Assembly (NCBI RefSeq): GCF_045037415.1
Contig: NZ_CP173439.1
DNA from: Escherichia coli
Lineage (GTDB): Bacteria; Pseudomonadota; Gammaproteobacteria; Enterobacterales; Enterobacteriaceae
Length of the DNA: 64,000 nt
Strand: one strand, 5' to 3'
Positions 42,985 to 54,799 of the stretch are shown piece after piece; position 1 is the stretch's first letter, and each line of letters begins with the position of its first letter. The notes under the pieces are model-generated. The model had not been told where the DNA came from, did no database searches, and saw only the letters and a list, made by a program, of their open reading frames with translations. The position numbers were made by a program, and so were the translations under genes.

Positions 42985-43872
42985 TGCCACTGCTGGATAA
43001 GCTGCGTAAGCTGTACGGGGTCGGACCGGTATGCAGTGAACTACATATTGCCCCGTCAACGTATTACCACTGTCAGCAACAGCGACATCATCCTGATAAA
43101 CGCAGTGCCCGTGCGCAGCGCGATGACTGGCTGAAGAAAGAGATACTGCGCGTATACGATGGGAATCATCAGGTATACGGTGTGCGTAAAGTCTGGCGTC
43201 AGTTGTTACGGGAAGGAATCAGGGTAGCCAGATGTACAGTGGCGCGCCTCATGGCGGTTATGGGACTTGCCGGTGTTCTCCGGGGTAAAAAGGTCCGCAC
43301 TACCGTCAGCCGGAAAGCCGTTGCCGCAGGCGACCGCGTAAACCGTCAGTTTGTGGCAGAACGTCCTGACCAGTTGTGGGTGGCTGATTTTACTTACGTC
43401 AGCACATGGCAGGGGGTCGTCTATGTGGCGTTCATCATTGATGTGTTTGCCGGATACATCGTGGGGTGGCGGGTTCTCATCGTCCATGGAAACGACATTC
43501 GTGCTGGATGCACTGGAGCAGGCGTTATGGGCCCGTCGACCGTCCGGCACGGTCCATCACAGTGATAAAGGTTCTCAGTATGTATCGCTGGCCTACACAC
43601 AGCGGCTTAAGGAAGCCGGATTACTGGCATCAACAGGAAGTACAGGCGACTCGTATGACAACGCGATGGCGGAGAACATCAATGGTCTTTACAAAGCGGA
43701 GGTAATACACCGTAAGAGCTGGAAAAACCGTGCAGAAGTGGAACTGGCCACACTCACGTGGGTGGACTGGTATAACAATCGACGATTGCTGGAAAGGCTG
43801 GGCCATACTCCTCCGGCAGAAGCAGAAAAAGCTTATTATGCTTCCATCGGAAACGATGATCTGGCAGCCTGA
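42981..43872 (+). pseudogene. IS629-like OrfB (DDE transposase) with an internal frameshift
   Basis: Two overlapping ORFs (42981..43565 and 43351..43872) each carry part of the OrfB sequence; frame switch near 43480. Confidence 0.7.
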
Positions 43873-43914
43873 GTTCACAGATAAAACACTCTCCAGGAAA
43901 CCCGGGGCGGTTCA

Positions 43915-44477
43915 CTTGGACTTAAATAGCTATAAACGTTTGTTGAATGGATGTATTTAGCGATAAAATCAGTATAAAAACCGTTATCAAAGAAGATGGA
44001 CGTATACCCACCCAGACCATAGCTTTTAGTATCGCCATAATAGCTGCCGCTCAGCTCTGCATTGGTACTTGTATGGGTAAATATTAAGCCAGTGTATAGC
44101 ATTGCTGATTCAATTCTTATGCCTTTGTCTGCACCGAGTTGCAGGTGGTTGTATGTATTCTGATAACCGTCAGTGCCACTCCCCTGACCGAGCATATAGC
44201 GTCCCCAGACCCCGGCTTCTCCACTGTCGCGAATGTCCCCCATACGTTTATTGAGGTTATTCATTTCTGTAGAGAAAAGGCGGTAGCTGCTATTAGCAAA
44301 ACTGGCCGCCGTACTGACTGCTTTTTTATCAGGCTCTGAGTTAAAGCCAATAATTGCCAGATTTGTACCGTTACCGTTATCACTAGTACCAAGTATCGGT
44401 GTTACGTTACTGAGCCCCGTTTTCTGGCTTATTGCCGAGAACATACTGAAATCGGTACCATCCGGTGCTTCAATTAG
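43915..44477 (-). pseudogene. autotransporter beta-domain, 5'-proximal fragment (continues the 14589..15191 fragment)
   Basis: Translation ...YGDTKSYGLGGYTSIFFDNGFYTDFIAKYIHSTNVYSYLSP then runs into the IS629 end; upstream part cut by IS5; first 125 bp identical to 15067..15191. Confidence 0.55.
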
Positions 44478-45671
<1,194 letters not shown>

Positions 45672-46306
45672 CTAAAGGCGTCTTTGGCTTCGGTCAGCGA
45701 ACACTGCTGTTTTTCTTTGCAGGACGGTGAATCTTTGTAGTCCGTCATCTGCGCCAGCAGCTGATAGCTGTTGTCAAGCTGCATCTGGCTGCGCTCTTTT
45801 TCCATCGCCTGCACCGCTTTCTGGCTAAACGCCGCAGAGTCATCGGTGATCACCGGATTAAACGTTGGGTCCATCGTGCCCATTTTTTCCTGATGATGTA
45901 CCGGAATGTCGCACCCAGGGAAAGCGCCGGTGATAAAGAATTGTGCCGTCGCAACGGTGCGTTGCAGACTGTTGGCATAGGTATATACCGTGTCCGGCGT
46001 CGGGCATTCGCCTGACGTGACCATCCCCAGCTCCGCCAGCCATTCTCGCATGTAGTGGCCCATATAAATTTCCAGCACACCGCCTTTCGTGGTGAGCTGC
46101 CCGCCGGGCACATCCCACTCCGGCCACTGATTCGGCGTGGACTGCTCCAGCACGCTGCCATTATTGGCCAACGGCGCGCGCAAGTTGTGTCGGCTCATCA
46201 TCAACACTTGTTGCAGTTGATAACCTTCCGGCGTTGTCTGCGCTTGCGCGGCGGACGACAATAAAACAGCCCCTGCCACAGCGGCGGCGAGTATCAATTT
46301 TTTCAT
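45672..46306 (-). pseudogene. agp: glucose-1-phosphatase/histidine acid phosphatase (Agp-like), 3'-truncated by IS5
   Basis: Signal peptide plus RHNLRAP (RHGxRxP) motif; close to E. coli Agp over ~210 aa, then enters IS5. Confidence 0.7.
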
Positions 46307-46427
46307 CCCTACAACCTCTTGTTGTTATCAATCCTCATAGAGTGTGACAGAAATATGACATTTTTCCGGGAACGGTTTCGCAAAACGGGAGATTCCAGAA
46401 GATAACCGGCAGGTCAGCGTGTTCCGG

Positions 46428-46913
46428 TTACTCCGAGATAAAAACCTCATACTTAATATTGCGGGCGCAATAAAAAGTGCCGTCCGTCAGATACAGTTCA
46501 CGAAATCGCGTGTTATCAGAGATGTTGTCCAGCAGGGAACGTTCCGTATCGACAAATTCTTTTTGCACGCGGTAATGAACGGCGTTCTCCGTTTCAAAAG
46601 AGACATATTCCGTGGTGGCGTAGGGCTTATTTTTTGATTTCACGTACACGATATATTGCACGGTACTGGCCGTCAGCCCCGTTTTCGCCGCGATCTCTTT
46701 GAGACTCAACGTCTCAGAGGCATAAAGCGCCTGAACCTGCGCTATGCGTCGGTGATTATACGCCGTCACCCGAAGGCTCAGTTTCAGCCGATAGGCCATA
46801 TTCCGCACGGCGGTAATATTAGTGTGAAGCAGTTGCGCTATCTGCTCTGTCGTGAGGATGCCCGCGTTTTCCCGCAGAATCGCAAGGCTTTCGTCGTTCC
46901 AGATAAATGCCAT
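46428..46913 (-). CDS. hypothetical protein (possible HTH-containing)
   Basis: 161-aa ORF immediately downstream of the thioredoxin-like gene; no recognisable motif. Confidence 0.4.
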   Translation of the reverse strand: MAFIWNDESLAILRENAGILTTEQIAQLLHTNITAVRNMAYRLKLSLRVTAYNHRRIAQVQALYASETLSLKEIAAKTGLTASTVQYIVYVKSKNKPYATTEYVSFETENAVHYRVQKEFVDTERSLLDNISDNTRFRELYLTDGTFYCARNIKYEVFISE

Positions 46914-46937
46914 TGGGTATCTCTCCGTACGCGTCGT

Positions 46938-47423
46938 TCATCGCGCCGCCAGGCGCGCAAACGTGGCCTCTAACTCAGGCGGCTTACGCATACCCTGGTG
47001 TAGCTCCAGAACGCGTCCTTCGGAGTCAATCAGTACGGAGGTCGGCGTGCCGATCACCTGATAACGTTCCTGGGTAATGTTGAGCTGATCGCGCACCACC
47101 GGATAGGTTATCTGATGTTTTGCCAGCAGATCGTTGATCCTGACCGTTTCAGGGTCGGTATTGACCGCCACAACCACCACTTTATCGCCCCATTTTTTGC
47201 TCAGCGCTTCCAGCGTGTCCATTTCCGCCAGGCACCCCCCGCATCCCGCAGACCAAAAATTCAGGTACACCGCCTTTCCTTGCCAGCGTTCAAGGCCTGA
47301 CTCCTGGCCTTGCAGATCAAACGCCGCCAGCGCCGGGGCCGGTGCCCCGACCGCCAGCTTTTCTTCTTTACACCCGCTTATCAGGATCGCCGCCGCGAGT
47401 AACAGCACATTATGCCAGCGCAT
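46938..47423 (-). CDS. thioredoxin-like thiol:disulfide oxidoreductase (TlpA/ResA-like)
   Basis: Signal/anchor then WSAGCGGC CxxC motif; last gene of the fetMP-associated ABC operon. Confidence 0.7.
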   Translation of the reverse strand: MRWHNVLLLAAAILISGCKEEKLAVGAPAPALAAFDLQGQESGLERWQGKAVYLNFWSAGCGGCLAEMDTLEALSKKWGDKVVVVAVNTDPETVRINDLLAKHQITYPVVRDQLNITQERYQVIGTPTSVLIDSEGRVLELHQGMRKPPELEATFARLAAR

Positions 47424-48105
47424 GTTGATTGGCCTCCTCACCCAGATATTTACCGTGTTGCAGCCGCAGAATACGGTCGGCAAACTGCCCAAGCGCAGGG
47501 TTGTGCGTCACCATCACAATCGTGCGCCCCTGACGATGCAGATCGGTGAGCAGATCCAGCACCCGCTGCTCATTCTCTTCATCCAGGTTGCCCGTCGGTT
47601 CATCCGCGAAAATAACCGGCGGTTCGTTGACCAGCGCCCGGGCGATACACACACGCTGCTGCTCACCACCGGAAAGCTGGCTCGGCAGGTGCGTCACACG
47701 ATGCCCAAGCCCTACCTGTTCCAGCACCTTCCTCGCCGCCGCTTCATCCACCACGCTGTGGTAATGCTGGGCGAGCATGATGTTTTCCAGCGCAGTTAAG
47801 AACGGGATCAAATGGAACTGCTGAAATACCAGGCCGATTTTCTCGGCGCGAAAGCGACGGCGCCCCTCTTCATCCAGCGCGGCGGCATCGGTGCCATCAA
47901 GAAACACCTGCCCTTCCGTCGCCGTATCAAGGCACGTCAGAATATTCATCAGCGTGGTTTTACCAGAACCAGAAGCGCCCATAATGGCGACAAATTCACC
48001 CTGCGCAATGCGCAGATTAATGTCATCCAGGGCGGTAACGTCACCGAACCGTTTGTATAAGTGGCGGGTTTCGATCGCCACCTGAGGGATATGCGTAACG
48101 GACAT
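47410..48105 (-). CDS. ABC transporter ATP-binding protein (LolD/MacB-type)
   Basis: Walker [10 protein letters not shown], signature LSGGEQQR, Walker [12 protein letters not shown]. Confidence 0.85.
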   Translation of the reverse strand: MSVTHIPQVAIETRHLYKRFGDVTALDDINLRIAQGEFVAIMGASGSGKTTLMNILTCLDTATEGQVFLDGTDAAALDEEGRRRFRAEKIGLVFQQFHLIPFLTALENIMLAQHYHSVVDEAAARKVLEQVGLGHRVTHLPSQLSGGEQQRVCIARALVNEPPVIFADEPTGNLDEENEQRVLDLLTDLHRQGRTIVMVTHNPALGQFADRILRLQHGKYLGEEANQHALA

Positions 48106-48109
48106 GGCG

Positions 48110-49240
48110 CTACTCTCCTTTCAGCACTTTAGCAGGCTCGACGCTTACCGCGCGTCGCACCGGAACAATCGCCGCCAGAATGGCGACCAGTAAAGACAAC
48201 ACCAGAGTAATGGGCAACACCGGCAGACGCAGTGAAATGGCGGCATTAAACACCGTTAATCCCAACAGTTGCGCCAGCAAATATCCCAGCACCCAGCCGC
48301 ACGCCACCGCCGCCAGCGCGATGATGCTGGTTTCCAGCAGAATTTGCCGCACGATATCGCCGTTGCTGGAACCAAGCGCTTTTTGCAGCGCAAACTCGTG
48401 CGCCCGCTCGCCGACAATCGCCATCAGCGTGGTATTCACGCACAGCGAAGAGAGCGCCAGAATCACGATCGAGACCAGTCCCATCAGACCTTTAATTTTA
48501 TCCAGCACCTGCCCTTCGGAAGCAGAGACCTTACGCACCGGACGAATCTCCTGGTCAGGATACTGCGCCTGCAACCGGCTGGCATAGTTCTCCACCTGGC
48601 CGACATCGTTACTGACGCTCAGCAAGCCGTGGCTGATTTTGCCCGGCTGATGCAGCCAGGCCTGCGCCACGTCGAGGCTGACGATCAGCATGTTGTCCGT
48701 CGCATCGCCAGACTCCACAATGCCTTTAATCTGCAAATTCTTACGCTGATTGTGATCCACCAGCGTGATGCTGTCGCCCGGCTGCACGTTGAGGCGTTCC
48801 GCCAGTTTGACGCCGATCATCGCATTACGGTCGTCAAAACTGACGCCAATCCAGCTACCGGTGACCTGCCAGTACGGCACCAGTTTTTGCAGCGACTCGA
48901 ACCACACGCCAACCATCACCACTTTTTCCAGCTCGGTACGCGCCATGCCGTACAACCACGGACTGGCGCCATGCACCAGCCCCTGCGGCGCCTGATCGAG
49001 AATGCTCTGCAACTCCTGCTGCGGCATACTGGAACCGTGCCCCGGCCCGATGTAAAAATTCGCGCCGAAGGTGCGCAGTTCTTCGCTCATTTTGGTGTTA
49101 ATGTCGAACCAGACGGCAGAAAGCGCCGTCACGATGGTCGCCCCCACCATCAGCGCGGCAAACACCACGCTGACCCGCTGAAAACGCAGACGCAGCGCCC
49201 GCCACACCAGCAGCCAGAGCATGGTACGTTTAGCGGCCAT
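48110..49240 (-). CDS. ABC transporter permease, FtsX-like
   Basis: N-terminal TM, large periplasmic domain, C-terminal multi-TM bundle; start estimated at an internal Met. Confidence 0.7.
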   Translation of the reverse strand: MAAKRTMLWLLVWRALRLRFQRVSVVFAALMVGATIVTALSAVWFDINTKMSEELRTFGANFYIGPGHGSSMPQQELQSILDQAPQGLVHGASPWLYGMARTELEKVVMVGVWFESLQKLVPYWQVTGSWIGVSFDDRNAMIGVKLAERLNVQPGDSITLVDHNQRKNLQIKGIVESGDATDNMLIVSLDVAQAWLHQPGKISHGLLSVSNDVGQVENYASRLQAQYPDQEIRPVRKVSASEGQVLDKIKGLMGLVSIVILALSSLCVNTTLMAIVGERAHEFALQKALGSSNGDIVRQILLETSIIALAAVACGWVLGYLLAQLLGLTVFNAAISLRLPVLPITLVLSLLVAILAAIVPVRRAVSVEPAKVLKGE

Positions 49241-50513
49241 ACAGCACCTCCACAGGATACAGCCGGGCAATCCGCCGGGCCGGGAACCAGGTGCCGATCA
49301 ACGCAATCAGTACCGCAATCACCAGTACGCACGGCACCACAATCCAGGCAAAATTAAGCGGCGCGTCGAAGAGCATGACGCCAATCGCTTTCGCCAGCCC
49401 CCACCCGGCAATACATCCCAGCGCACCGCCAGCCAGCCCGCTGGACGCCGCTTCCAGGTAGAACAGCAGCATAATTTGCCACTGTCGCGCACCCAGCGCT
49501 TTCATCAAACCGATCTCTTTGGCGCGTTCCATAATGGTGCTGGTCATCAGCGAGGCGATCCCCATTGCGGAAGCCACCAGCGCCGCGACGGTAACGACCG
49601 CCATCAGCAACTGAATTTTATCGATCACCACCCCTTCGGACGCCGCGACCTGCCATACCGGGCGCACTTCCGCACCGGAAATCGCCTCTTCCAGCTGATG
49701 CGCGATCGACGACACATAGGCCGTGCAATACCAGAGGTCGTACTCTTCGGCATTGAGCGCGTCCAGGTTTTCCCGCGCGCGGCGGGACAGTTCGTTTTCC
49801 GGCACCGTCAGCGCCGAGACGCGAATCGCCTGCACTTTTCCGGGGAGCCCCAGCAGGTGCTGTACCGTGCTTAGCGGCATCACCAGTTGGTTATCTTCAT
49901 CGCCGCCGCTGGAGAGGATACCGCTGACGGTGACCTGCACTGCTTCGCCTTCGGTACGTAATGTCAGCTTATCACCGGGTTTCCAGCCCATTTGCCGCGC
50001 CAGCGCGTGCCCGACTAAGGTCTGCGGCTCTGCGCCTGCGGGTTCCTGCGGCCAGTCGCCGGTCACCTGCCAGTATGGGCTGACCGTTTTCTGCCCCGTC
50101 TCATATCCCTCTTCATCAGGAATATCCACTGGCTGACTGAAGAAAGTGCCCAGAATCCGCACTGGTTCTCCCTCCACGCTGGCTTCGCCGCCGAGCATCG
50201 GCGCAAACCCGACAATGTTGTTTCGCCAGAAGATATCTTTGATGTTCGGCAGCTCGGCTTCATCAAGAAAATCCTGACCGGAAAGCGGATTACTGCTCTC
50301 ACTAAACAGCGCGGGCAGCGCAGCCTGTCCGGCGGGTTCAATCAAAATGTTCGCACCATAAGACTTCAGCTCTCTGGACATTTTGTCGCCGATATCAATG
50401 GACACCGCCAGCAGCGCCGAGATCAGGCTGGAGGCCAGAAAAACGGTGATTATCGCCAGCACTTTGCGGCGTAAATTGCGCCCCCAGGATTGTCGTAACA
50501 TCCGCCACAGCAT
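49230..50513 (-). CDS. ABC transporter permease, FtsX-like
   Basis: 427 aa, same architecture as its neighbour. Confidence 0.75.
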   Translation of the reverse strand: MLWRMLRQSWGRNLRRKVLAIITVFLASSLISALLAVSIDIGDKMSRELKSYGANILIEPAGQAALPALFSESSNPLSGQDFLDEAELPNIKDIFWRNNIVGFAPMLGGEASVEGEPVRILGTFFSQPVDIPDEEGYETGQKTVSPYWQVTGDWPQEPAGAEPQTLVGHALARQMGWKPGDKLTLRTEGEAVQVTVSGILSSGGDEDNQLVMPLSTVQHLLGLPGKVQAIRVSALTVPENELSRRARENLDALNAEEYDLWYCTAYVSSIAHQLEEAISGAEVRPVWQVAASEGVVIDKIQLLMAVVTVAALVASAMGIASLMTSTIMERAKEIGLMKALGARQWQIMLLFYLEAASSGLAGGALGCIAGWGLAKAIGVMLFDAPLNFAWIVVPCVLVIAVLIALIGTWFPARRIARLYPVEVLYGR

Positions 50514-50515
50514 GA

Positions 50516-51895
50516 TTATTCCTCCCTCATGTCGGCAGGAACAAACTGCTCCGGCGTTTCACGGAAGCGTTCATAGTTAGCCTCTGACGAGAAGAACCAG
50601 GTCTTGCCGCCATAGCTGTATTTGTAATCGGCTGAGGTATTGGTCAACGTTGAACCATCGACCGGATCGGTCACTTTAATAGTCATGACCGTCGAGAAGT
50701 AGTTCACCCCTGTCGCCAGTTCTTTACCGGGGATCACCAGCTCTTTTTCATCATTGTGCCAGTTTTCAATCGGCACCGGGTTACAGCCACCGGCCTTGCC
50801 GATAGACGGAATAAAAATATGCACTCCGCAGGCGACGCAGATAACCTGATTGCCCTCCATGACATAACCCTGATCGCCGCACAGCAGGCAGGCGTCGAAC
50901 ACCACGCCAAAACGCAGCTTGTCGGGATAGCGGTTAATCACGAAGAAGCGCACCGCTTTGCCATCGTCCGCCACCCAGACGAAACGATGCAGTTTACCGT
51001 CACGAAGCTGTTCAACCGGCAGGCGCACCATGCCATCGCTCCCCAGCGTTACGGGCACGGCTTCAGAGAGTTGCGGCGGCTGCGAGGCCACTTTATCCCA
51101 CCACAGTTGGCCTGCGATAACGACCACCGCGCAGCCGATTGTGACCAACCACAGCCGCAAAGCGTTGCGACGCTGCGCCAGCGCCAGACGGTGAGCAATC
51201 GGTTCTTCGGTTTCCCGCGTCTGTCGAAAAGCCCGCAACAGCGCCGGAAGCCAGCACAGCGCCAGGGCCAGCAGCAGCGCGGCTCCCGTCCAGTTATACA
51301 GCGCCGTGTTATTTGTGACTTTCGCCACGAAGCTCAGCAGTGATTTTCCCAGCGGAACAACCTGTAATTTCATCAGCAACAACAGCAGGTTGCCGCTCAG
51401 CGGCAGCCAGATCATCACCAGCAGAATCAGCGTTAACGGCCAGTACAGGCCGCGAATACGCCGCAGCAGCATCGCGCAGAGTACGCCCGCCAGACAGAGG
51501 ATCGCAAAAGCGAGAACGACGGCCGTCAGGTTTAACAGCAGGTCAGTATTCAGCACATGCGTACTGGTCAGCCCGCCCAGATTAGGGTCCAGCGCCCAAT
51601 GGCGGGCAGCGCCGAAAATCAGAATCCCCTGCCACAGATAGCGGATACGCGTTGAAGCCCACCAGAAACTGAGGACAAACAGCAGCGATACCATGACCTC
51701 CGCCCCAACCAGCAGCAGTTGTACCGGTTGGCTGCCGTGAATAAACAGTCCCGCCAGCACGCCGGCAATCAGCCCGGTCAGCAGCGTCCAGGTCAGCGGA
51801 CGTAAAGAGGGAGGATCGTTTCGACTCCAGAGAACACCGGAAAGAAGCGCAATGCAGAAAAAGACCTGTAGCGTCGTGACGAAAAAGTAACTCAT
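50516..51895 (-). CDS. integral membrane protein with C-terminal Cys-rich/YHS-like domain (Cj1660-like)
   Basis: 459 aa; multiple TM helices; C-terminal CLLCGD...CVACG and KYSYGGKTWFFSSEANYERF. Confidence 0.55.
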   Translation of the reverse strand: MSYFFVTTLQVFFCIALLSGVLWSRNDPPSLRPLTWTLLTGLIAGVLAGLFIHGSQPVQLLLVGAEVMVSLLFVLSFWWASTRIRYLWQGILIFGAARHWALDPNLGGLTSTHVLNTDLLLNLTAVVLAFAILCLAGVLCAMLLRRIRGLYWPLTLILLVMIWLPLSGNLLLLLMKLQVVPLGKSLLSFVAKVTNNTALYNWTGAALLLALALCWLPALLRAFRQTRETEEPIAHRLALAQRRNALRLWLVTIGCAVVVIAGQLWWDKVASQPPQLSEAVPVTLGSDGMVRLPVEQLRDGKLHRFVWVADDGKAVRFFVINRYPDKLRFGVVFDACLLCGDQGYVMEGNQVICVACGVHIFIPSIGKAGGCNPVPIENWHNDEKELVIPGKELATGVNYFSTVMTIKVTDPVDGSTLTNTSADYKYSYGGKTWFFSSEANYERFRETPEQFVPADMREE

Positions 51896-51998
51896 AACTT
51901 CGACTCTGTACGGCGGGTTGAATTAAGCGACGGGCATATGATCGGTCTGACCAACGCGCCAGAAGGGGGAATCCTCCTGGCGCGTTGGTTAGTCGGTT

Positions 51999-52529
51999 TT
52001 AGTTCAGACCGACATATTTAAACTCGTAGCTCACATCAAACGGTTTCCACCAGCGGCCTACGCCTGTTTCGCTGTCAGTATGGCGATGCATCCCGGCTTT
52101 TGACGGCGGTTCAATGTGGTAGGTCACTTTATAGTTGCCCACGCCCATCATTTTGATGTTCGCGCCATAGTGCGGGCCATCGCTGGCAACCATCGGCATG
52201 AAGGTGCCTTCCTGTTTTTCGCCCGTGTCGTTGTTGACCAGGGTGTAGCTGATGGTCAGGTACGGGATCCATTCCCCTGCGCCAAAGCCGTTTTTATTGC
52301 CTTCTACAGCGTGGATATCCGCTTCAAGGTGAACATCGGCTTTTGCTGCCGGTAAGCCCATGCCGCGCGGTTCCATATCAATCGGTTGCAGGTAAACGGC
52401 CGCCAGCTCCATTTCATTCATGGTGACAGGCTCGCCTGCCGGGTACTCTTTAAAAGCAAACGCGGCTGGCGCAATGAAAATGCTGGCCATCACTGCGCTG
52501 GCAATCAGGGTTTTCTTCATGGTCATCAA
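51999..52529 (-). CDS. fetP: periplasmic iron transport protein FetP/P19 family
   Basis: 176 aa with signal peptide; size and position immediately after the FTR1-type permease match FetP/P19. Confidence 0.7.
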   Translation of the reverse strand: MMTMKKTLIASAVMASIFIAPAAFAFKEYPAGEPVTMNEMELAAVYLQPIDMEPRGMGLPAAKADVHLEADIHAVEGNKNGFGAGEWIPYLTISYTLVNNDTGEKQEGTFMPMVASDGPHYGANIKMMGVGNYKVTYHIEPPSKAGMHRHTDSETGVGRWWKPFDVSYEFKYVGLN

Positions 52530-52566
52530 ACGTATCCTCTCGTCTAAAACAACGGCTATACAACGA

Positions 52567-54513
52567 TTATGGGTTATTTTTTATCGTCTCCCCGGGAACC
52601 GCGCTTTTGCGCCGCATCACCCACAGCGCCACCAGCGCCGCGAGCAGCAATACGACCTGCGGTAACAACGTTTCCACGTAGGGATAAATCCCCAGCCAGC
52701 TGATTTCAGGGAAGCCGTTAATCAACGTAGGCTGGAACAGTTTGCCTTCCACCAGTTCCAGAACGCCTTTGCCCGCAAAGACGAAGGCCATCAGATACAT
52801 GAAACTGCCGGTAAACATAAAGAAGGGTTTCAGCGGCAGGCGCACTACTGAGTAACGCATCACCAGCCAGGCGAGCAGCAGCACCACGCAGCCAATCACA
52901 AAACCGGCGCCAATCGCCATATGGCCGGATACCGTGTTTGCATCGCCAATCAGAGCGTAATAGAACAGCACCGTTTCCGCCCCTTCGCGGTACACCGCCA
53001 GGAAGCTGGTCAGCCATAGTCCGACCAGGGAGCCTCGCGACAGGGAATGAGACAGTTTGCCTTCCAGCCAGGCTTTCCAGTGGCGCGCTTCCACTTTGGA
53101 CAGCAGCCAGTAACTCATAAAGAACAGCATCACGACGGCAATCAGCATCGTTATGCCTTCCAGCAGTTCACGGCTGGCGCCGGAGTTAGTAAACAGCATC
53201 TGGAAGATAGCGGCGGTGATGACGCTGGCGATCAGCGCCACAATTACCGACTGACGAATAAGCGGCAGCTTATCCTGATGGTTGTTTTTCACCATGTAGG
53301 CCACGATTGCCGCAACAATCAGCAGCGCTTCCAGCCCCTCGCGCACGATGATCATCAGACTATAGAGCAGCAGACTCCACTGGGTTTCTTCGCCTTCGCC
53401 CAGCATCGTCACGGCTTTTTGCAGATCCTGCGCCAGCGCGCTGGCCTCTGCATTCAGGCGCTCAACCGGCTGACCGGCCTTCATCAGACTGACCAAGCGG
53501 GTAAAATACGCCTCCAGCGTGGTTTTAAATGCCGAATCGCGAGAGCCGATTTTGTTTTCCATGCCGCTGGCTTCGAAGCGGTCGAAGTAGGTATCCTGGA
53601 TATCCAGAATCGCATTCTTCGCATCGCCGCCCTGATAGCGCGCTATCGCGTCCTGAATGCTCTGGTTAATTCCCGTCGTCACCTCAGCCCAGTCGGTGCG
53701 GTTATTTCCCTCGTCCGCCGCCGGAATGTTGTCTGCGCTTTGCGCTGCGGCAACCTGCTGATCGTCACGGGTGGTTGGCAAGCCGGGTAAGATATCCTCG
53801 ATATCCTGTAGCAGCGTAGTGACCTGATAGGAGACATCGTTGAGATGGTCAGGTTGCGCGGTCAGCGCAATCAGGGATGAGAATTGTTGGTTAATGGAGG
53901 CGGCATCTTTTGCAGAACGGTTTTGTCTGAGGGACATCTCCATCTCAGAGTTTTTAAAGCCCTGATAGTGCGCCTGTTGAACGTGCTGACTGGCAACGCT
54001 GTAATTCCCGGCCTGATATTCAGTGACCGCCTGCGCCAGCAGATCGTCGATCGTCCTGAAACTCTCCTGCCAGTGAACGGCAATGTCGTCCCTGGACAGC
54101 GCGTTGTGCTGCTCTTCGGCCACCAGACGATGTCCGCCATCCAGCACCGGTTCCACTTCGCGCAGTGCGGCTTTCAGCCAGTCAATGCGCGCCTGGACGT
54201 CAGCGAGCGGTTTTTTCTCGCCAATCATTCGACGGATCTCGCCGAATGCGCTCTCCATCTCGTAACTTTTGCGCGCGGAAATGTTGATGCGGATCGGCCC
54301 TTCCAGGTTCTCGAACACCTCAAAATAGGCCATTTGTACCGTGCGGCGCGCCTCGTCGGCATGCTGTTGCTGATAAAGTTCCGCTGTTTTATCAAGACGT
54401 TGCTCGATATCTTCAATCAAAGGCGCATAATTCGTCGACGCCCAGACACTCATGCTTATAAACAAGCCAAAGAGAGTAACCAACAAAGAGTTACGAAAGT
54501 TACGCACGTGCAC
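52567..54513 (-). CDS. fetM: FTR1-family iron permease with large N-terminal periplasmic domain (FetM-like)
   Basis: 648 aa; REGLEALLIVAAI (RExxE motif) in the C-terminal membrane domain; Fur box immediately upstream. Confidence 0.8.
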   Translation of the reverse strand: MHVRNFRNSLLVTLFGLFISMSVWASTNYAPLIEDIEQRLDKTAELYQQQHADEARRTVQMAYFEVFENLEGPIRINISARKSYEMESAFGEIRRMIGEKKPLADVQARIDWLKAALREVEPVLDGGHRLVAEEQHNALSRDDIAVHWQESFRTIDDLLAQAVTEYQAGNYSVASQHVQQAHYQGFKNSEMEMSLRQNRSAKDAASINQQFSSLIALTAQPDHLNDVSYQVTTLLQDIEDILPGLPTTRDDQQVAAAQSADNIPAADEGNNRTDWAEVTTGINQSIQDAIARYQGGDAKNAILDIQDTYFDRFEASGMENKIGSRDSAFKTTLEAYFTRLVSLMKAGQPVERLNAEASALAQDLQKAVTMLGEGEETQWSLLLYSLMIIVREGLEALLIVAAIVAYMVKNNHQDKLPLIRQSVIVALIASVITAAIFQMLFTNSGASRELLEGITMLIAVVMLFFMSYWLLSKVEARHWKAWLEGKLSHSLSRGSLVGLWLTSFLAVYREGAETVLFYYALIGDANTVSGHMAIGAGFVIGCVVLLLAWLVMRYSVVRLPLKPFFMFTGSFMYLMAFVFAGKGVLELVEGKLFQPTLINGFPEISWLGIYPYVETLLPQVVLLLAALVALWVMRRKSAVPGETIKNNP

Positions 54514-54528
54514 ACCGCCAAAGAATAC

Positions 54529-54547
54529 AAATGATAATTATTATCAT
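54529..54547 (-). promoter_or_regulatory. Fur box upstream of fetM
   Basis: AATGATAATTATTATCAT, one mismatch from the Fur core; lies 15-35 bp upstream of the annotated GTG start, so the true start or promoter geometry needs checking. Confidence 0.5.
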
Positions 54548-54799
54548 ATCTTTTTGTCGCGTTGTACATGACCTGGATCATAAAAATGTCAGCAGACGAC
54601 AAGTTATGTAAACTTATTTCATCAAATCGTGATGAACACACACATTATGCGTTGATAAAAGGGACGTTATCTCCCTGTTTTTCTCATGGAATTAACGGCA
54701 AGGCAGGCGCGGTAACAGAGGAATAAATCCCCCTGCCGACAGTGATATTATTCATTATCGGCAGGCAGAAATAAAACGCGTTATTGCGTACAGCAATAT

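Larger units (their letters stand above)
42604..43914 (+). mobile_element. IS629-like element (IS3 family), orfB disrupted
   Basis: Ends TGAACCGCCCCGGG... and ...CCCGGGGCGGTTCA; Orf[42 protein letters not shown]...; ~1.31 kb. Confidence 0.8.

Noticed and set aside
48269-49357. 362-aa plus-strand ORF rich in Arg/His/Pro/Gln
   Set aside because: Antisense to the two FtsX-like permease genes; low-complexity translation
53047-54534. Plus-strand ORFs of 247 and 216 aa
   Set aside because: Antisense to fetM, which has clear family motifs on the minus strand
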